A program made the position numbers and the translations under genes. The notes beneath the pieces are model-generated. The model was given only the letters and a program-made list of their open reading frames with translations, was not told where the DNA came from and did not search any database. A stretch of 64,000 nucleotides of DNA, taken from positions 3,808,001-3,872,000 of the forward strand of contig OY970368.1 of NCBI GenBank assembly GCA_963718615.1, written 5' to 3'. Shown here piece by piece: positions 12,840 to 24,513 of the stretch. Each line of letters opens with the position of its first letter. Within the stretch, counting starts at the first letter, position 1. Origin of the DNA: an uncultured cyanobacterium. Lineage in GTDB: Bacteria > Cyanobacteriota > Cyanobacteriia > PCC-9006 > JAAUQQ01.

Positions 12840-12868
12840 ATATTAAGTCAGCTCCCAGGTTTTGTAAA
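12840..12868 (-). promoter_or_regulatory. Putative psbA sigma70-type promoter
   Basis: Minus strand TTTACA-N17-TAATAT about 60 nt upstream of the ATG. Confidence 0.65.
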
Positions 12869-12903
12869 GGCTTGTAACGAAGAATCTCTCATAATGTAGA
12901 GAA

Positions 12904-13980
12904 GTGATGCCCCTGGAGCGAACAGCAGCGATGCGAAGAAGGGTCTTTTACAGTCCAGCCTTAACTTTGGTGCCGACCTATGAATGTTTTAATCGCTGCG
13001 GTTACTGCAATTTTCGTCAAGATCCGGGTCAAGGGGACTGGCTGAGCTTAGCGGGAGCGGGAGAGCAGTTACGCTCGCTTCGTAACAAAAACTTGACGAA
13101 AGCGCCTTCGCCTAGAATGTCCAATCTCTCCAATCCATCCGTATTTCTTCCTCAGGTCAGCGAGATCCTGCTCCTCAGCGGCGAAGTCCATCCCCAAAGC
13201 GATCGCCGCTCCGCCTGGGTCCAACGCATCTATGACCTTGCCGAACTGGCCCTAAGTTTGGGATTTCTCCCTCACACCAATGCCGGTCCCCTCAGCTTTG
13301 GGGAAATGGAGCATCTCAAAAGAGTGAACGTCTCCATGGGGCTGATGCTAGAGCAGATGACGCCCAAACTGTTGGAAACGGTTCATCGCCATGCCCCCAG
13401 TAAGCAACCCGCTTTGCGTCTGGAGCAATTATCTTGGGCGGGACAGTTGAAAATTCCGTTTACAACCGGGCTGCTCCTAGGGATTGGAGAGACCCGTGCC
13501 GATCGGATTGAAACTCTAGAGGCGATCGCCCAAGTCCACGACCAATGGGACCACATCCAAGAAGTTATCCTTCAACCCCATAGCCCCGGCAAAAGGCAAC
13601 AGACAGTTTTAGGGGCCTGTGCGCCAGTGGAGTTTATCGAGACGATTCGGCTAGCTCGGGAGATTTTGCCGGCGACGATTGCCCTGCAAATTCCTCCTAA
13701 TCTCATCCAAACCCCCGAGTTGCTCTGGGTTTGCCTCAAGGCAGGGGCCTCGGATCTGGGAGGCATCGGTCCCAAAGATGAAGTCAATCCTGACTATGCC
13801 CATCCCCTCATTGCTCTGCTTAAGCAACAGTTAGCGGCAGCCGGGTATGAACTCGTGCCCCGTTTACCCGTTCATGAGCGACACATTGAAAAACTGCTGC
13901 CCTCCCTCAAAGCCCGTTGTCGAGCAGTTCAAGCTGAGTGGTGTCAGGCTGCGGAGCAGGCGCAATTTGACAAGGACTAA
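12904..13980 (+). CDS. cofG: FO synthase subunit CofG (radical SAM)
   Basis: YSPA.TLVPTYECFNRCGYCNF, PHTNAG, PFTTGLLLGIGE, DEVNP. Confidence 0.93.
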   Translation: MMPLERTAAMRRRVFYSPALTLVPTYECFNRCGYCNFRQDPGQGDWLSLAGAGEQLRSLRNKNLTKAPSPRMSNLSNPSVFLPQVSEILLLSGEVHPQSDRRSAWVQRIYDLAELALSLGFLPHTNAGPLSFGEMEHLKRVNVSMGLMLEQMTPKLLETVHRHAPSKQPALRLEQLSWAGQLKIPFTTGLLLGIGETRADRIETLEAIAQVHDQWDHIQEVILQPHSPGKRQQTVLGACAPVEFIETIRLAREILPATIALQIPPNLIQTPELLWVCLKAGASDLGGIGPKDEVNPDYAHPLIALLKQQLAAAGYELVPRLPVHERHIEKLLPSLKARCRAVQAEWCQAAEQAQFDKD

Positions 13981-14566
13981 AGGAACGACGATGTAAAAGA
14001 CTCGGTCCCTGTTCTAACAGTCCTGCACGATGGACCGGGGTGCCGTAGCCTTTGTTGCAGTCCAGGGCGTAGCCGGGATACTGCTCGGCCAAGCGTTGGA
14101 TCAGGCGATCGCGCCAAACCTTCGCCAAAATACTCGCCGCCGCGATCCTGGGTTCGAGGCGATCGCCTTCAATCACCGTTTGCTGCTCGCAAAACAAGTG
14201 AGGAATGGACTGATTCCCATCTACCAGGCAAAGCCTAGGCATCGGGTGTAGCTTGCGCACCGCTCGCCGCATCGCTAACAGCGAGGCTTGCAAAATATTA
14301 AGTCGGTCGATTTCCGCGACGCTGCTCAGCCCTAAACCGTAGGTGAGGGCCACCTGGCGAATTTGGCAATCCAACCGATCCCGCTGAGCGGGCTTGAGCT
14401 TTTTGCTGTCGGTCAATCCAGCATCCACCAAGGGCGCAACCGCACTGGCGGGCAGAATCACGGCAGCGGCGACAACGGGACCAAATAAACAGCCCCGCCC
14501 CACTTCATCTACCCCGGCGATCGCGCCCGACGAATCAATCATCCCTCCCAGTGAGCGACTATTCAC
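13907..14566 (-). CDS. rnhB: Ribonuclease HII
   Basis: AGVDEVGRG, DSKKL, IAAASILAKV.RD, NKGYGT; follows rne; start uncertain (14566 GTG or 14542 ATG). Confidence 0.96.
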   Translation of the reverse strand: MNSRSLGGMIDSSGAIAGVDEVGRGCLFGPVVAAAVILPASAVAPLVDAGLTDSKKLKPAQRDRLDCQIRQVALTYGLGLSSVAEIDRLNILQASLLAMRRAVRKLHPMPRLCLVDGNQSIPHLFCEQQTVIEGDRLEPRIAAASILAKVWRDRLIQRLAEQYPGYALDCNKGYGTPVHRAGLLEQGPSLLHRRSFSPCQIAPAPQPDTTQLELLDNGL

Positions 14567-16775
14567 CCCGACGGGCAGAGGAACGACGACGACGACGACG
14601 CACCGGAGAATCATTCGAGTCGCCAGCGTCGCTAGAGTCCCCAGCATCAGTCTCGGCATCGTTCTCTAGGTCTGGGATGGTCACCGACTCACGCCGGGAA
14701 GAGATTGACGGCGCAGGAATCGGCGGCGCAGGAGAGTCGCTTTCGTCCTGGCCAAAGGACGAGACCGTTGAGCGACGACGGCGACGTACCGTCAAAGGTC
14801 GAGCACGAGCCCCCACAGGAGCGTCTTCATCATTGCCTGCTGAATAGGAGGAGTCTGAGTAGGAGGAGTCTGAACTGAACTCGCGATCGCCCAGATCCGC
14901 CTGAGGCAAATCAAAGTCATCCTCACCATCGCCATCGCTATCCGACCCTGGCTCATCAAAGCTAGAGTCCTCCGGCGGCGCTTCCCCCGGCAACGTCACC
15001 GTGACAACGGTTGAACGCGGATCTGCAACCTCAACATCCTTGAGAACAAGCGGAGAAATCCCCAGCCAAGCGTAGACATCTTGCTCATCCTGGGTCATTT
15101 CTACCGTGACATGCTCCACCGGGCGATCGAGTCCCCGTCCCCGACGCCCCCGGCCACCCCGCAGATCTCGACTCGGTGCCTCGGTCTCTGGCTCATTGTC
15201 TTCCGGCTCCGGCTCCAGGGAAGCTGGCACAGTACTGCGACCCAGGGAATCCCCCAGGCGATTGACAATCGGCTTGGGAACTTCGGCCCGTTCAGGACCC
15301 TCAGTGCGACGGCGGCGGCGGTTCCGATAGGCATCCCCTTCGCCACTCTCTTCCTCCACCGCAGGCTTGCTAGGACTGGGCCAACTATTCCCCCCTGATG
15401 GGGGGGTGACATAGGACTCAGTCGGGCGTGGCGCAACGCCTCGGCGAGGACGCATATCGCTGGAACGCACCGTGGATAGGCGTTGTCCCGGCAAAGCGAC
15501 GCTACTAGCCTCCACAGCATCCGCTTCGGCGGAGATGACCTCTCCTGGTAAATGCACCAAATGCCCCAAACCATTACAGGTGGGACAGGGTCGCCCAAAG
15601 AGTTCGTAAATGTTCTGGCCCTGACGTTTGCGGGTCAGCTCTACCAGGCCTAGCTCAGAAAGCTGAGCAATCTGTGGTCGGGCCTTATCCGCTTTGAGTT
15701 CTTTGGTGAAATGCTCTAGGACTTGAAGCTGGTCCCGACGGGGCTCCATATCAATGAAGTCAACAACGATCACCCCAGCCAGATTTCGCAGCCGTAATTG
15801 TCGGGCAATTTCAGTGGCCGCTTCAAAGTTGGTCCACAGGACGGTTTCTCGCGAAGTGGCCGATCGCGTAAACGAACCCGAGTTAACGTCAATCACCGTT
15901 AGCGCTTCCGTCGGCTCAATGATGATGTATCCGCCAGAGGGCAAGTCCACACGGGGCTTCAGTGCCTCACGGATGGCAGCATGGACCCGGAAATATTCCA
16001 AAACCGAAGTCGCTTCGCGGTGCTGATCGATCAGCAGCCCCTGGGGTACCTTCCCCCCACTCCAGTTCATCAAGTGCTGCTTGACGCGCTTCAATCCCGT
16101 GTGGGAGTCCACCACAATGCGATTGACATCAGCGCTGTAGACATCCCGCAGCACCCGCTGGATAAAATCATCATCCCGGTTGAGCAGCGCAGGGGGGCGG
16201 GTCGACTCGGCCTCTAGCAAAACGTTCTCCCACTGGCGGGAAAGAAATTCCAAGTCCTCAATGATGGCCTCTTCGTCGACCCCTTCTGCCTCGGTGCGGA
16301 CCAGTAACCCCATTCCCGCAGGTTTGACAAAAATCGCCAAGGCGCGTAGACGGCTGCGCTCGCTTTCGCTCGTGATTCGACGGGAGAGATTCACCCCTCG
16401 CCCAAAGGGCATAAGGACCAAATAGCGGCCCGGCAGAGAAATACTGCCCGTTAAACGAGGCCCCTTATTGCCCGTAGGCTCCTTCATCACTTGAACCAGC
16501 ACTTTCTGCTGGGGAGCCAAAAGCTCGGTAATGGTTCCCCCCGTTCGGCGCAGCCGTAGAGGACCCAAGTCGCCCATGTGGATAAACCCGTTGCGTTCCG
16601 AGTCGCCAATATTCACAAAGGCCGCGTCGATACTCGGAAGGACGTTTTCGACCACACCCACGTAAATGTCGCTGACCTGCTGAGTTCCCTTTGCAACAAT
16701 CAGTTCTTGGATTTGGTCGTCTGCGAAAACTGCCGCAACGCGGTGTTGTTCAGCGATAATGATTTGCTTTGCCAT
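14559..16775 (-). CDS. rne: Ribonuclease E
   Basis: S1 domain, TVIDVNSG, IVVDFIDM, CPTC zinc link, cyanobacterial C-terminal RRRRRRSSA. Confidence 0.98.
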   Translation of the reverse strand: MAKQIIIAEQHRVAAVFADDQIQELIVAKGTQQVSDIYVGVVENVLPSIDAAFVNIGDSERNGFIHMGDLGPLRLRRTGGTITELLAPQQKVLVQVMKEPTGNKGPRLTGSISLPGRYLVLMPFGRGVNLSRRITSESERSRLRALAIFVKPAGMGLLVRTEAEGVDEEAIIEDLEFLSRQWENVLLEAESTRPPALLNRDDDFIQRVLRDVYSADVNRIVVDSHTGLKRVKQHLMNWSGGKVPQGLLIDQHREATSVLEYFRVHAAIREALKPRVDLPSGGYIIIEPTEALTVIDVNSGSFTRSATSRETVLWTNFEAATEIARQLRLRNLAGVIVVDFIDMEPRRDQLQVLEHFTKELKADKARPQIAQLSELGLVELTRKRQGQNIYELFGRPCPTCNGLGHLVHLPGEVISAEADAVEASSVALPGQRLSTVRSSDMRPRRGVAPRPTESYVTPPSGGNSWPSPSKPAVEEESGEGDAYRNRRRRRTEGPERAEVPKPIVNRLGDSLGRSTVPASLEPEPEDNEPETEAPSRDLRGGRGRRGRGLDRPVEHVTVEMTQDEQDVYAWLGISPLVLKDVEVADPRSTVVTVTLPGEAPPEDSSFDEPGSDSDGDGEDDFDLPQADLGDREFSSDSSYSDSSYSAGNDEDAPVGARARPLTVRRRRRSTVSSFGQDESDSPAPPIPAPSISSRRESVTIPDLENDAETDAGDSSDAGDSNDSPVRRRRRRSSARRGE

Positions 16776-17406
16776 TCAATTTAAGTGCCTCAATGATGTG
16801 GCGCAGAGGATGATGTTTAAGTGAGAAAAATTCTGAAGACCTGCTCGCTAGGCCTTAACGGTCAAGTTTTCGAAATGTTGAATTTCGAGGGTGTGGGTAG
16901 CTAACGTCGAAGGCTACTCACCTGGGATTAATCCTAACCCCCTTACAGCGGGTGCATGAATCAAGATTTATTTCACAAGGGTTATCAACTGGCTCCAAAA
17001 ACAACAAACAATTGCGGACGAACAAGATCCCTCTCAGGAATTAACCCTGTTAACCCTAAGGATAAGGTCTGGGGCGATCGCTGAGGTCACCAGACTAATA
17101 CAAGAAGTAACTCCCTTAACAACGCTTCGCTGCTAGTTGCAAGCTCATCTGAACAACAGCTAGAAGGAAGTCCAAAGTCATCCGTAGCCATCGCTAGGTG
17201 GGGAAAAGCGCTGAAAGCGCGAGGTGCTAGTCAAAGTCCCGCTGAGACGCAATTCGTTAACTGGGGTAAAGCTTTGCTTCCACTCAGGACTTGGATGCGG
17301 ATCGAGCACCACGCCTAACCCAAACTGAGGTTAAGAGCACCGCTGACATAAGCCTAGTGCGCTTAAACACTAGCATATCCGTTGAACCTTGTCTAACGCT
17401 GATCCC

Positions 17407-17446
17407 CTAGAGGGATTTCTAGAGAGATTTCCAGAGGGATTTCTAG
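17407..17446. repeat. Short tandem repeat, 12-bp unit CTAGAGGGATTT x3+
   Basis: Units at 17407, 17419, 17431, partial at 17443; overlaps the stop codon of the radical SAM gene. Confidence 0.8.
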
Positions 17447-20128
17447 TATTGTCCCTCGGCACTGGCCAAAATGAGTTGACAGCGGTGGGCTTGCAAAAGC
17501 TGGAAGGGCTGACCGGTGACGTTTTCGAGCATTTGCACGAGCTGCTCAGGGCGCAGGAGGGTCCCGTCGTTGCGGCAGCTCCCACTATAGCGGAGGGCTA
17601 AGCCTTCGGCTTGAACGGAGATGGGTAAGTTCAGCGCAGCCAAATCGGCAATGGCTTCGAGGGTTTGGAGGCGATCGCGCCCATTGAACCGCTGAGTTTT
17701 GCCAGATTTAGTTACCTTTTCCAGCTCAATCTCAGGGTGACTGAGGACCTGCTCCACTAGGCTGGCTGCGGTCAAATTGGACACCGATTCTGCCTCCAGA
17801 AGGGGTCACCTGCAGCACATATTCCGCCAGGTCCAAGGCTTGGGTCACCGAGGGCGCTTTGAGGTCAACTTCTTCGATGTCGTAAAGGGGCAGATCCTGC
17901 GGCAGGGCTGCGGCCAATCGCTGGCGAAAGGCTTCGGGATCCAGGGGTTCGGTCAGTTCGAAATCCACCAGTTCCCCAGTGCTACTCATCCCCAAGGGGA
18001 GGGCATTGGCCGGAGACAGGCGGGGGCCGGGGTGGTAACCGCCGGTAAAGGAAATGGGCAACGAGGCACGACGCAGGGCGCGATCGAACAGGCGAACCAA
18101 GTCCAGGTGGCTAATCAGCGTCAGGCTCCCCAGTTTGCCAAACCGTAACCGTAACCGCTGGGCTCGATTCGATTTGGGCTTGAAGTCTCCCGCAATTTGA
18201 GGAATCGGCAAAGGCGGCACGACGATGTTGTGGCCAAAGTCCAGCCCACAAACGCCGCAGTGGGAGCAGCCTTCAAAGGAACAATCGGGCACCGTCGCCG
18301 CTGCCAGCGCCTTTTGCAAATCTTCCTGGAGCCAGCGTTTGTCGATTCCTGTATCTAAATGGTCCCAGGGCAGCGGTACATCTAAGGCCAACTGCTGGTC
18401 CACGGCGTTCTGACTCGCGGTTTTGTCAGGGGATGCCGCTGCAAAAATATTCCACTCACCGGATTCCACCTGGCGATATTTCCAGGAGAGGCCCGCTTCG
18501 TTAATGGCCTGGGACCAGGCCTTGTAGGCATTTTCCAGACTTTCCCACCAGGAATCCATCCCCGCTCCCAGCTCCCAGGCGCGGCGGACGACCTGGGCCA
18601 GACGGCGATCGCCCCGTCCCACAAAGTCTTCCATCGCAGAAATCCGCACATCGGTAAAGTTCGACTTGATGCCACGAATCGTGCGGAACTCTTCCCGCAG
18701 CAGGGTCTGTTTGCGTAAAAACTCGCTGGTGGAGACGGAATGCCACTGGAACGGCGTGTGGGGTTTGGGGGTGAAATTGGAAATCGTAATTGTGAAGCCC
18801 AGGCGTTTTTTGCGGCCCTGGCACTCCCGCTGGAGCCAGCGGACCGTTTCGGCAATCCCCAGGACATCTGCATCGGTTTCGCCGGGGAGCCCAATCATGA
18901 AATAGAGCTTGACCTTGTTCCAACCCTGTTCGTAGGCGGTTTTAACGCCGCGCAGGAGTTCCTCGTTAGTGAGGCCCTTGTTGATAATGTCCCGCATCCG
19001 CTGGGTCCCGGCCTCCGGCGCAAAGGTAATGCCGGTTTGGCGGGTGCCGCCGATGATGTGGGCAATATTTTCGTCGAAGCGATCGACCCGCTGACTGGGC
19101 AAGGATAGGGAAATATTTTCGTCTTTGAGGCGGTTTTTAATCTCTACCCCCACCGCAGGGAGTGCCAAATAATCTGAACAGCTCAGGGACAGCAACGAAA
19201 ACTCGTTATAGCCTGTAGCCCGCATCCCCGTTTCGATCGCTTCAATCACTTGGTCAGGCGCAACATCATGGGCCGGGCGGGTGAGCATCCCCGGCTGGCA
19301 AAACCGACAGCCTCGCGTGCAGCCCCGGCGAATTTCAACGGTGAGGCGATCGTGGACCGTTTCGATATAGGGCACCAAACCAATGGAGTAGGCGGGAATC
19401 GGGGTCGCCACCCGGCGCAGGACCCGGCGAGGCACATCCTCTCGGTTACGGTGGACTGAACCATCGGCAGCCATGTCATAGAACCGAGGCACATAGACCC
19501 CCGGCACCTGGGCCAGATCCAGCAGCGTTGCGTCCCGGCCCAACCCAGCCCGCTTTGCCTCTTCCAAAACCAAGCCAATTTCCGGCAGCAGCTCTTCCCC
19601 GTCCCCCAGGGCAATAAAGTCAAAAAACACCGCGTAGGGCTCCGGGTTCGACGTCGCCGTTTGTCCCCCCGCAAAAATCAACGGCAGGCCTCCGGGTTGC
19701 CAAGGGGCGGCATCGGTTACTGTCCGTTCTGCCCCTGTCAAGGGAATTTGACAGAGGGAGAGCATTTCGAGAATATTGGTTGCTCCAAGTTCGTAACTGA
19801 GACTGAAGCCAAGGATGTCGAAGGTTTGGAGCGATCGCCGCGTCTCCACTCCAAACAGCGGCGTATCGGTATCACGCAGCTTTTGGGCCAGATCAGCAGC
19901 AGGGAGGTAGGCGCGATCGCACAGTTGACGGGGCTGAGCATTAATCACGTTGTAGAGAATGATATGCCCTAAATTCGAGGAGCCCACCTCATAGATTTCC
20001 GGATAGGTCAACGCCCAACGAATTTCTGCCTCTTGCCAGGGCTTATGGATCGCCCCCAACTCGTTCCCCAAATAGCGAGCAGGGCGATTGACGTCGGAGG
20101 TTACTAAGGTTTCGATGGAAACAGGCAC
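17443..20128 (-). CDS. TIGR03960 B12-binding radical SAM fused to TIGR03936/DUF2344 domain; apparent 1-nt frameshift near 17800
   Basis: RGCTRGCRFCQ, PARYLGNE, ISHLD...RALRRA; ORF 17732-20251 loses homology after VLQVTP and ORF 17443-17784 carries the expected C-terminus (KSGK...GSCRNDGTLLRP). Confidence 0.88.
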
Positions 20129-20207
20129 GGTCAGAGGACGCCTTGAGGACGTGGGCAACGGCATTAGCCATTCTATGCCGTCGCCAGATTGTCTGTGGCA
20201 TTCCAGG

Positions 20208-20543
20208 CTAGGCCGCGAGCGGCAACCCCTGAGGCTCGATGTCCTCCGCAAAAAACACCCGATCGAGTTGAGTCAGTTCAAATACGATGCGAAGCTCCGG
20301 CGGAATGGCACAAAACCGAAGCAGTTGGTTGTGGCGTTGAGCCAAACGAAAGGCCTCAATCAGCGTCATCAGCCCATCACTATCGATGCTCTCCAACGCC
20401 TCCAAACTCACCAATAATCGAACGGTTTGGCCTGCGCTAATCAGCGCTTGCAAACGATGCTCCAGCTCTAGGCCAAAACTAGCGTCTAGACGACCGGCGG
20501 GACGAAGCACAATCTCTTTCGCTTGCGTCACACTCAACTGCAT
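20208..20543 (-). CDS. STAS domain anti-sigma factor antagonist
   Basis: GRLDA, IDSDGL, IVFELTQLDRVF. Confidence 0.9.
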   Translation of the reverse strand: MQLSVTQAKEIVLRPAGRLDASFGLELEHRLQALISAGQTVRLLVSLEALESIDSDGLMTLIEAFRLAQRHNQLLRFCAIPPELRIVFELTQLDRVFFAEDIEPQGLPLAA

Positions 20544-21272
20544 GGGGATCCTCCTACACGACTCTGCACTGAACTGATTAGGGAGAAAGGGGATGACAGC
20601 GACTTTGCACCAGCGTTAAATCGCTGGACGGAGGCACTGCAGCCTTTCCTCGAAGACTATCGCTCGAAACTCTGCTTTAAGACTGTGTTCTAAAAGGATG
20701 TTTCGAACTTATCCTTTAGAAAAGCAAAGCAGCTCAAAATCAAACATGACGTCCAGAGCAGCGCTCTGCCATTGGCTCGGTGCGCGGCCCGGACTTGATG
20801 CACTGCCCAGGGAGGCCTTTGAGGGAAACAGTGCAGTTTGGATTTAGCGGTTTGGATTCAAAAGGGTCTACAAGGCTTTAATGACCATAATCGGCAAATT
20901 CTAAAAATGACCAGAGACGTTCTGCATCATTTTGGAATCTTCATAGAATCTGGCAAAGCAATTAAAGCTTTGAGTAAGCATTTTTACGGAATTATGATTT
21001 TACCCTTAGCTCAAAAGCGTTCCAAACTATGACTTTTTACAGCACTATCACGCTATTCAAATCCATATATGTTGCGTAAGATACATTGACCAGAGATAAA
21101 AAAGGGTGGTTCAAAACCTTAACCTTCAGGTATCGCGAGATCAGCGTCAAGGCTTAGCCCATAGGCCTTTGACGATGGGGACGGGCACTCGAAATGTTAA
21201 GTCTTTTGCCCCAGAGCGGAGCGGATTGGTCGTGGCTTGATTCTGTCGTTAATTCAATCAAAGCGTTTAGCC

Positions 21273-21467
21273 ATGGATGCAAGAGTTGCTATTCGTCGGC
21301 TCGTTGAAAGAGCAATCTATTTGAAAGAGCTGACCCCCGAGATCGAAAACGAAATTAACTATGAGCTAACCCGTCTGGGGTATATCTCAGATGTGGATTA
21401 TGAAGCGCTGGAGCTTTTAATGTCCGAGATGGACGCGGGGCGAATTCGGTTGGTTCCTAGTCCTTAA
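21273..21467 (+). CDS. Small conserved cyanobacterial hypothetical protein
   Basis: 64-aa ORF with plausible composition (IRRLVERA...DYEALELLM). Confidence 0.7.
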   Translation: MDARVAIRRLVERAIYLKELTPEIENEINYELTRLGYISDVDYEALELLMSEMDAGRIRLVPSP

Positions 21468-21529
21468 AGTGATCCGGCAGGCGTTAAACTGGCTAGTTGA
21501 ACTGGCGATCAGCTTAACGACAACCCACA

Positions 21530-22762
21530 ATGGTCACGATCAACGACAATTATTTAAAGCTGAAAGCGGGCTATCTATTTCCGGAAATTGCCCGCCGCGT
21601 GAGTGCCTTTGCAGAGGCTAACCCTGAGGCGGCGATTATTAAGCTGGGCATTGGGGATGTGACGGAGCCCTTGCCTGAGGCTTGCCGAACGGCGATGATT
21701 CGGGCAGTGGAGGACATGGGCGATCGCGCCACCTTCCACGGCTATGGACCCGAACAGGGCTACGGCTGGCTACGGGAAAAGATTGCGGCCCAGGATTTCC
21801 AAGCGCGGGGCTGCGACATCGACGCTACGGAGATTTTCATTTCAGACGGCTCCAAGTGCGATTGCGGCAACATTCTTGATATTTTTGGCAAGGACAACAC
21901 CATTGCGGTGACGGATCCGGTCTATCCGGTTTACGTCGATACCAACGTGATGGCAGGCCACACAGGTCCGGCGGATGAATCGGGCAAGTATGGCGGTTTG
22001 GTTTACCTACCCATCTCGGCGGAGAACAACTTCACGGCGGAGATCCCTAGCCAAAAGGTTGATCTGATCTACTTGTGCTTCCCCAATAACCCCACCGGGG
22101 CCGTGGCGACGAAGGAGCATCTGCAAGCTTGGGTGGACTATGCCAAAGCCCAGGGATCGCTGATCCTGTTTGATGCCGCCTACGAAGCCTTCATCACGGA
22201 TCCCAGCCTACCCCACTCGATTTTTGAAATTGACGGAGCGCGGGACTGTGCCATCGAATTTCGCTCGTTCTCCAAAAATGCCGGTTTCACGGGGACCCGC
22301 TGTGCCTTTACGGTGGTGCCCAAAACCTTAAACGCTAAAGCGGCGGATGGATCTGAGGTAGAGGTTTGGAAACTCTGGAATCGGCGGCAATCTACCAAGT
22401 TCAATGGCGTTTCCTACATTGTTCAGCGGGGGGCAGAGGCAGTTTACTCCGAGGACGGTATTGCCCAGACCCAGGCGCTGATTGCGTTTTATCTGGACAA
22501 TGCCCAGATTATTTGCGATCGCCTTTCCCAAGTAGGACTCCAGGTTTACGGCGGTGTCAACGCCCCCTACGTCTGGGTCAAAACCCCCAATGGACTATCA
22601 AGCTGGGACTTTTTTGACAAACTCCTCCAAGGGGCCAATGTCGTCGGCACCCCCGGTTCAGGGTTCGGTGCAGCCGGTGAAGGTTATTTCCGGATTTCGG
22701 CGTTTAATAGCCGCAAAAATGTCAATGAAGCCATGGACCGGATTGCTCAGCTCAATCTCTAG
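21530..22762 (+). CDS. dapL: LL-diaminopimelate aminotransferase
   Basis: [33 protein letters not shown]. Confidence 0.97.
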   Translation: MVTINDNYLKLKAGYLFPEIARRVSAFAEANPEAAIIKLGIGDVTEPLPEACRTAMIRAVEDMGDRATFHGYGPEQGYGWLREKIAAQDFQARGCDIDATEIFISDGSKCDCGNILDIFGKDNTIAVTDPVYPVYVDTNVMAGHTGPADESGKYGGLVYLPISAENNFTAEIPSQKVDLIYLCFPNNPTGAVATKEHLQAWVDYAKAQGSLILFDAAYEAFITDPSLPHSIFEIDGARDCAIEFRSFSKNAGFTGTRCAFTVVPKTLNAKAADGSEVEVWKLWNRRQSTKFNGVSYIVQRGAEAVYSEDGIAQTQALIAFYLDNAQIICDRLSQVGLQVYGGVNAPYVWVKTPNGLSSWDFFDKLLQGANVVGTPGSGFGAAGEGYFRISAFNSRKNVNEAMDRIAQLNL

Positions 22763-22784
22763 TGATTGAGGTCGCAGATTGAGC

Positions 22785-23201
22785 TCACAGCTTGGGCTCG
22801 CCCATCTGATGTTGCCAAACCTGGTCGATAAACTGACGCATTTGCGAAGCCGCTGGAGCCTCTGGCGGTTTCGTGGTGCTCAGCTCCTCGGTTTGCGCAA
22901 GGTACCCTAGAAGGGGAAGCACTTCCATATCCAGGGCTGGGCGAAACAGATGGAGCGGAAGCAACAAATGGGCGGCCTCTCGCAAATCCGTGAGGTGCTT
23001 GTGGAGCTCATGGCTCTCCCAGGCATGCTCCCAGTCTGCCGCTATCAATCCCTGCACAAGCACCAAGGGCCTCGCCCAAAGCAACTGCCGTTGGGAAATG
23101 ACATCGATCACTTCTCCATAGAGGCGTCCATCGTCGTCTTCTAAACAAATGATCTGATGGCGCTGAAACGTTGAGGAGGTTGGGTCTGGCATGAAGGTCA
23201 T
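22785..23201 (-). CDS. Conserved hypothetical protein
   Basis: LYGEVI...WARPL...FRPALD.EV pattern of cyanobacterial proteins found next to clpS. Confidence 0.7.
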   Translation of the reverse strand: MTFMPDPTSSTFQRHQIICLEDDDGRLYGEVIDVISQRQLLWARPLVLVQGLIAADWEHAWESHELHKHLTDLREAAHLLLPLHLFRPALDMEVLPLLGYLAQTEELSTTKPPEAPAASQMRQFIDQVWQHQMGEPKL

Positions 23202-23334
23202 GCTACAAAATCTGTATATAGATGCCGAAGGCTTGAACGGTGGAGGTGCTTCCGTTTAAGTTTTCCCTTTTTGATTTTAGTTGCTCGATGTTTTAGCAGG
23301 AGGTTCTATGCCCCCCCGGATGATGGACATTCGT

Positions 23335-23622
23335 ATGTCTACTCAGGTGGTTGAAAAGCGGGACACCAGTGTGGTGCGCAAACATGCGCCCCAGTATCGG
23401 GTTTTGCTCCACAATGACGATTTCAATAGCATGGAGCATGTGGTCAAAACGCTGATGCAAACGGTGCCGAGCCTTTCCCAGCCCCAGGCGGTGGATATCA
23501 TGATGGAGGCCCACACGAATGGTTTAGCCTTGGTAATTACCTGTGCGATGGAACCTGCGGAGTTCTATAGCGAAACGCTAAAGAGTCATGGGTTGGTGAG
23601 TACGATTGAGCCTGCGGATTAG
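23335..23622 (+). CDS. clpS: ATP-dependent Clp protease adaptor ClpS
   Basis: YRVLLHNDDFNSMEHVV, MMEAHTNG. Confidence 0.95.
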   Translation: MSTQVVEKRDTSVVRKHAPQYRVLLHNDDFNSMEHVVKTLMQTVPSLSQPQAVDIMMEAHTNGLALVITCAMEPAEFYSETLKSHGLVSTIEPAD

Positions 23623-23652
23623 GCCATATAACGGGGTGATGGGGTAGGGGAG

Positions 23653-24513
23653 TTGGCTGTAGGAAAAGGGTTGGGTCAGGGGTTAGATCGGTGGCTGAGG
23701 GCGATCGCCCCCCTGCCTGCCCCCCTGCGCCTCTTCTTAGTGTTGCTGACGCTGGCGCTGCTCTGGCTGCCGTTTTTGCTGGGGTTGACGGGGGCGATCG
23801 CCGATCCCAACTGGCGCAGCATCACAACCCTAATCGTGCTTTATCTCCTGTTTCTCTGGCTAATCCAGCGCTGGGGCCGCGTGGCCCATGGGGAGTCGGC
23901 GAGTTTAGTGCGGTTTGGGTTGCGGGGACGCCAGCGGCTTTTTCAAGAACAGGCCGTGGGGCTCTGGCTGGGCGTTAGTTTGGTCTTTGTCATGTTTGCC
24001 CTGGAGGCAGCCTTGGGCTGGGCCAATTGGACTTTGCCCCCTGCGAATTTTGGCCGGATTGCCCTAGAAGGTCTAGGGGTTGGCCTAGGCATTGGCTTTG
24101 CAGAGGAGCTTTTGTTTCGGGGTTGGATGTGGGATGAGCTGGCGCGCGATCGCCCCCAATCTGCCCTCTTCGGCACCGCCAGCATTTTCGCCGTTCTCCA
24201 TTTCCTCAAACCCTGGTCGGAAATTCTCCGCACCTGGCCTCAGTTTCCGGGGTTAATTTTGCTCGGACTCTGTTTAGGCTATGGGAAGCGGCTGATGGGC
24301 GATCGCCTCGGTCTCCCCATGGGGCTCCACGGGGGTTTGGTTTGGGGCTACTACCTGATCAATGTCGGCGGGTTGATCGCCTTAACGAAAACAGCCCCAG
24401 CCTGGGTGACCGGGGTGGATAATAATCCGCTGGCGGGATTGGTGGGGTTGGGATTTTTGGCGGGATTGGCGATCGCCCTGCGCAGGCTAGGAGGTTCTCG
24501 GAATTCCGGTTAG
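23653..24513 (+). CDS. CPBP family (CAAX-like) intramembrane protease
   Basis: EELLFRG, FAVLH, GLHGG; multiple TM segments. Confidence 0.9.
   Translation: MAVGKGLGQGLDRWLRAIAPLPAPLRLFLVLLTLALLWLPFLLGLTGAIADPNWRSITTLIVLYLLFLWLIQRWGRVAHGESASLVRFGLRGRQRLFQEQAVGLWLGVSLVFVMFALEAALGWANWTLPPANFGRIALEGLGVGLGIGFAEELLFRGWMWDELARDRPQSALFGTASIFAVLHFLKPWSEILRTWPQFPGLILLGLCLGYGKRLMGDRLGLPMGLHGGLVWGYYLINVGGLIALTKTAPAWVTGVDNNPLAGLVGLGFLAGLAIALRRLGGSRNSG

Noticed and set aside
16776-17400. Novel sRNA in the long gap upstream of rne
   Set aside because: Long rne 5' leaders are known in cyanobacteria; no independent signal seen.
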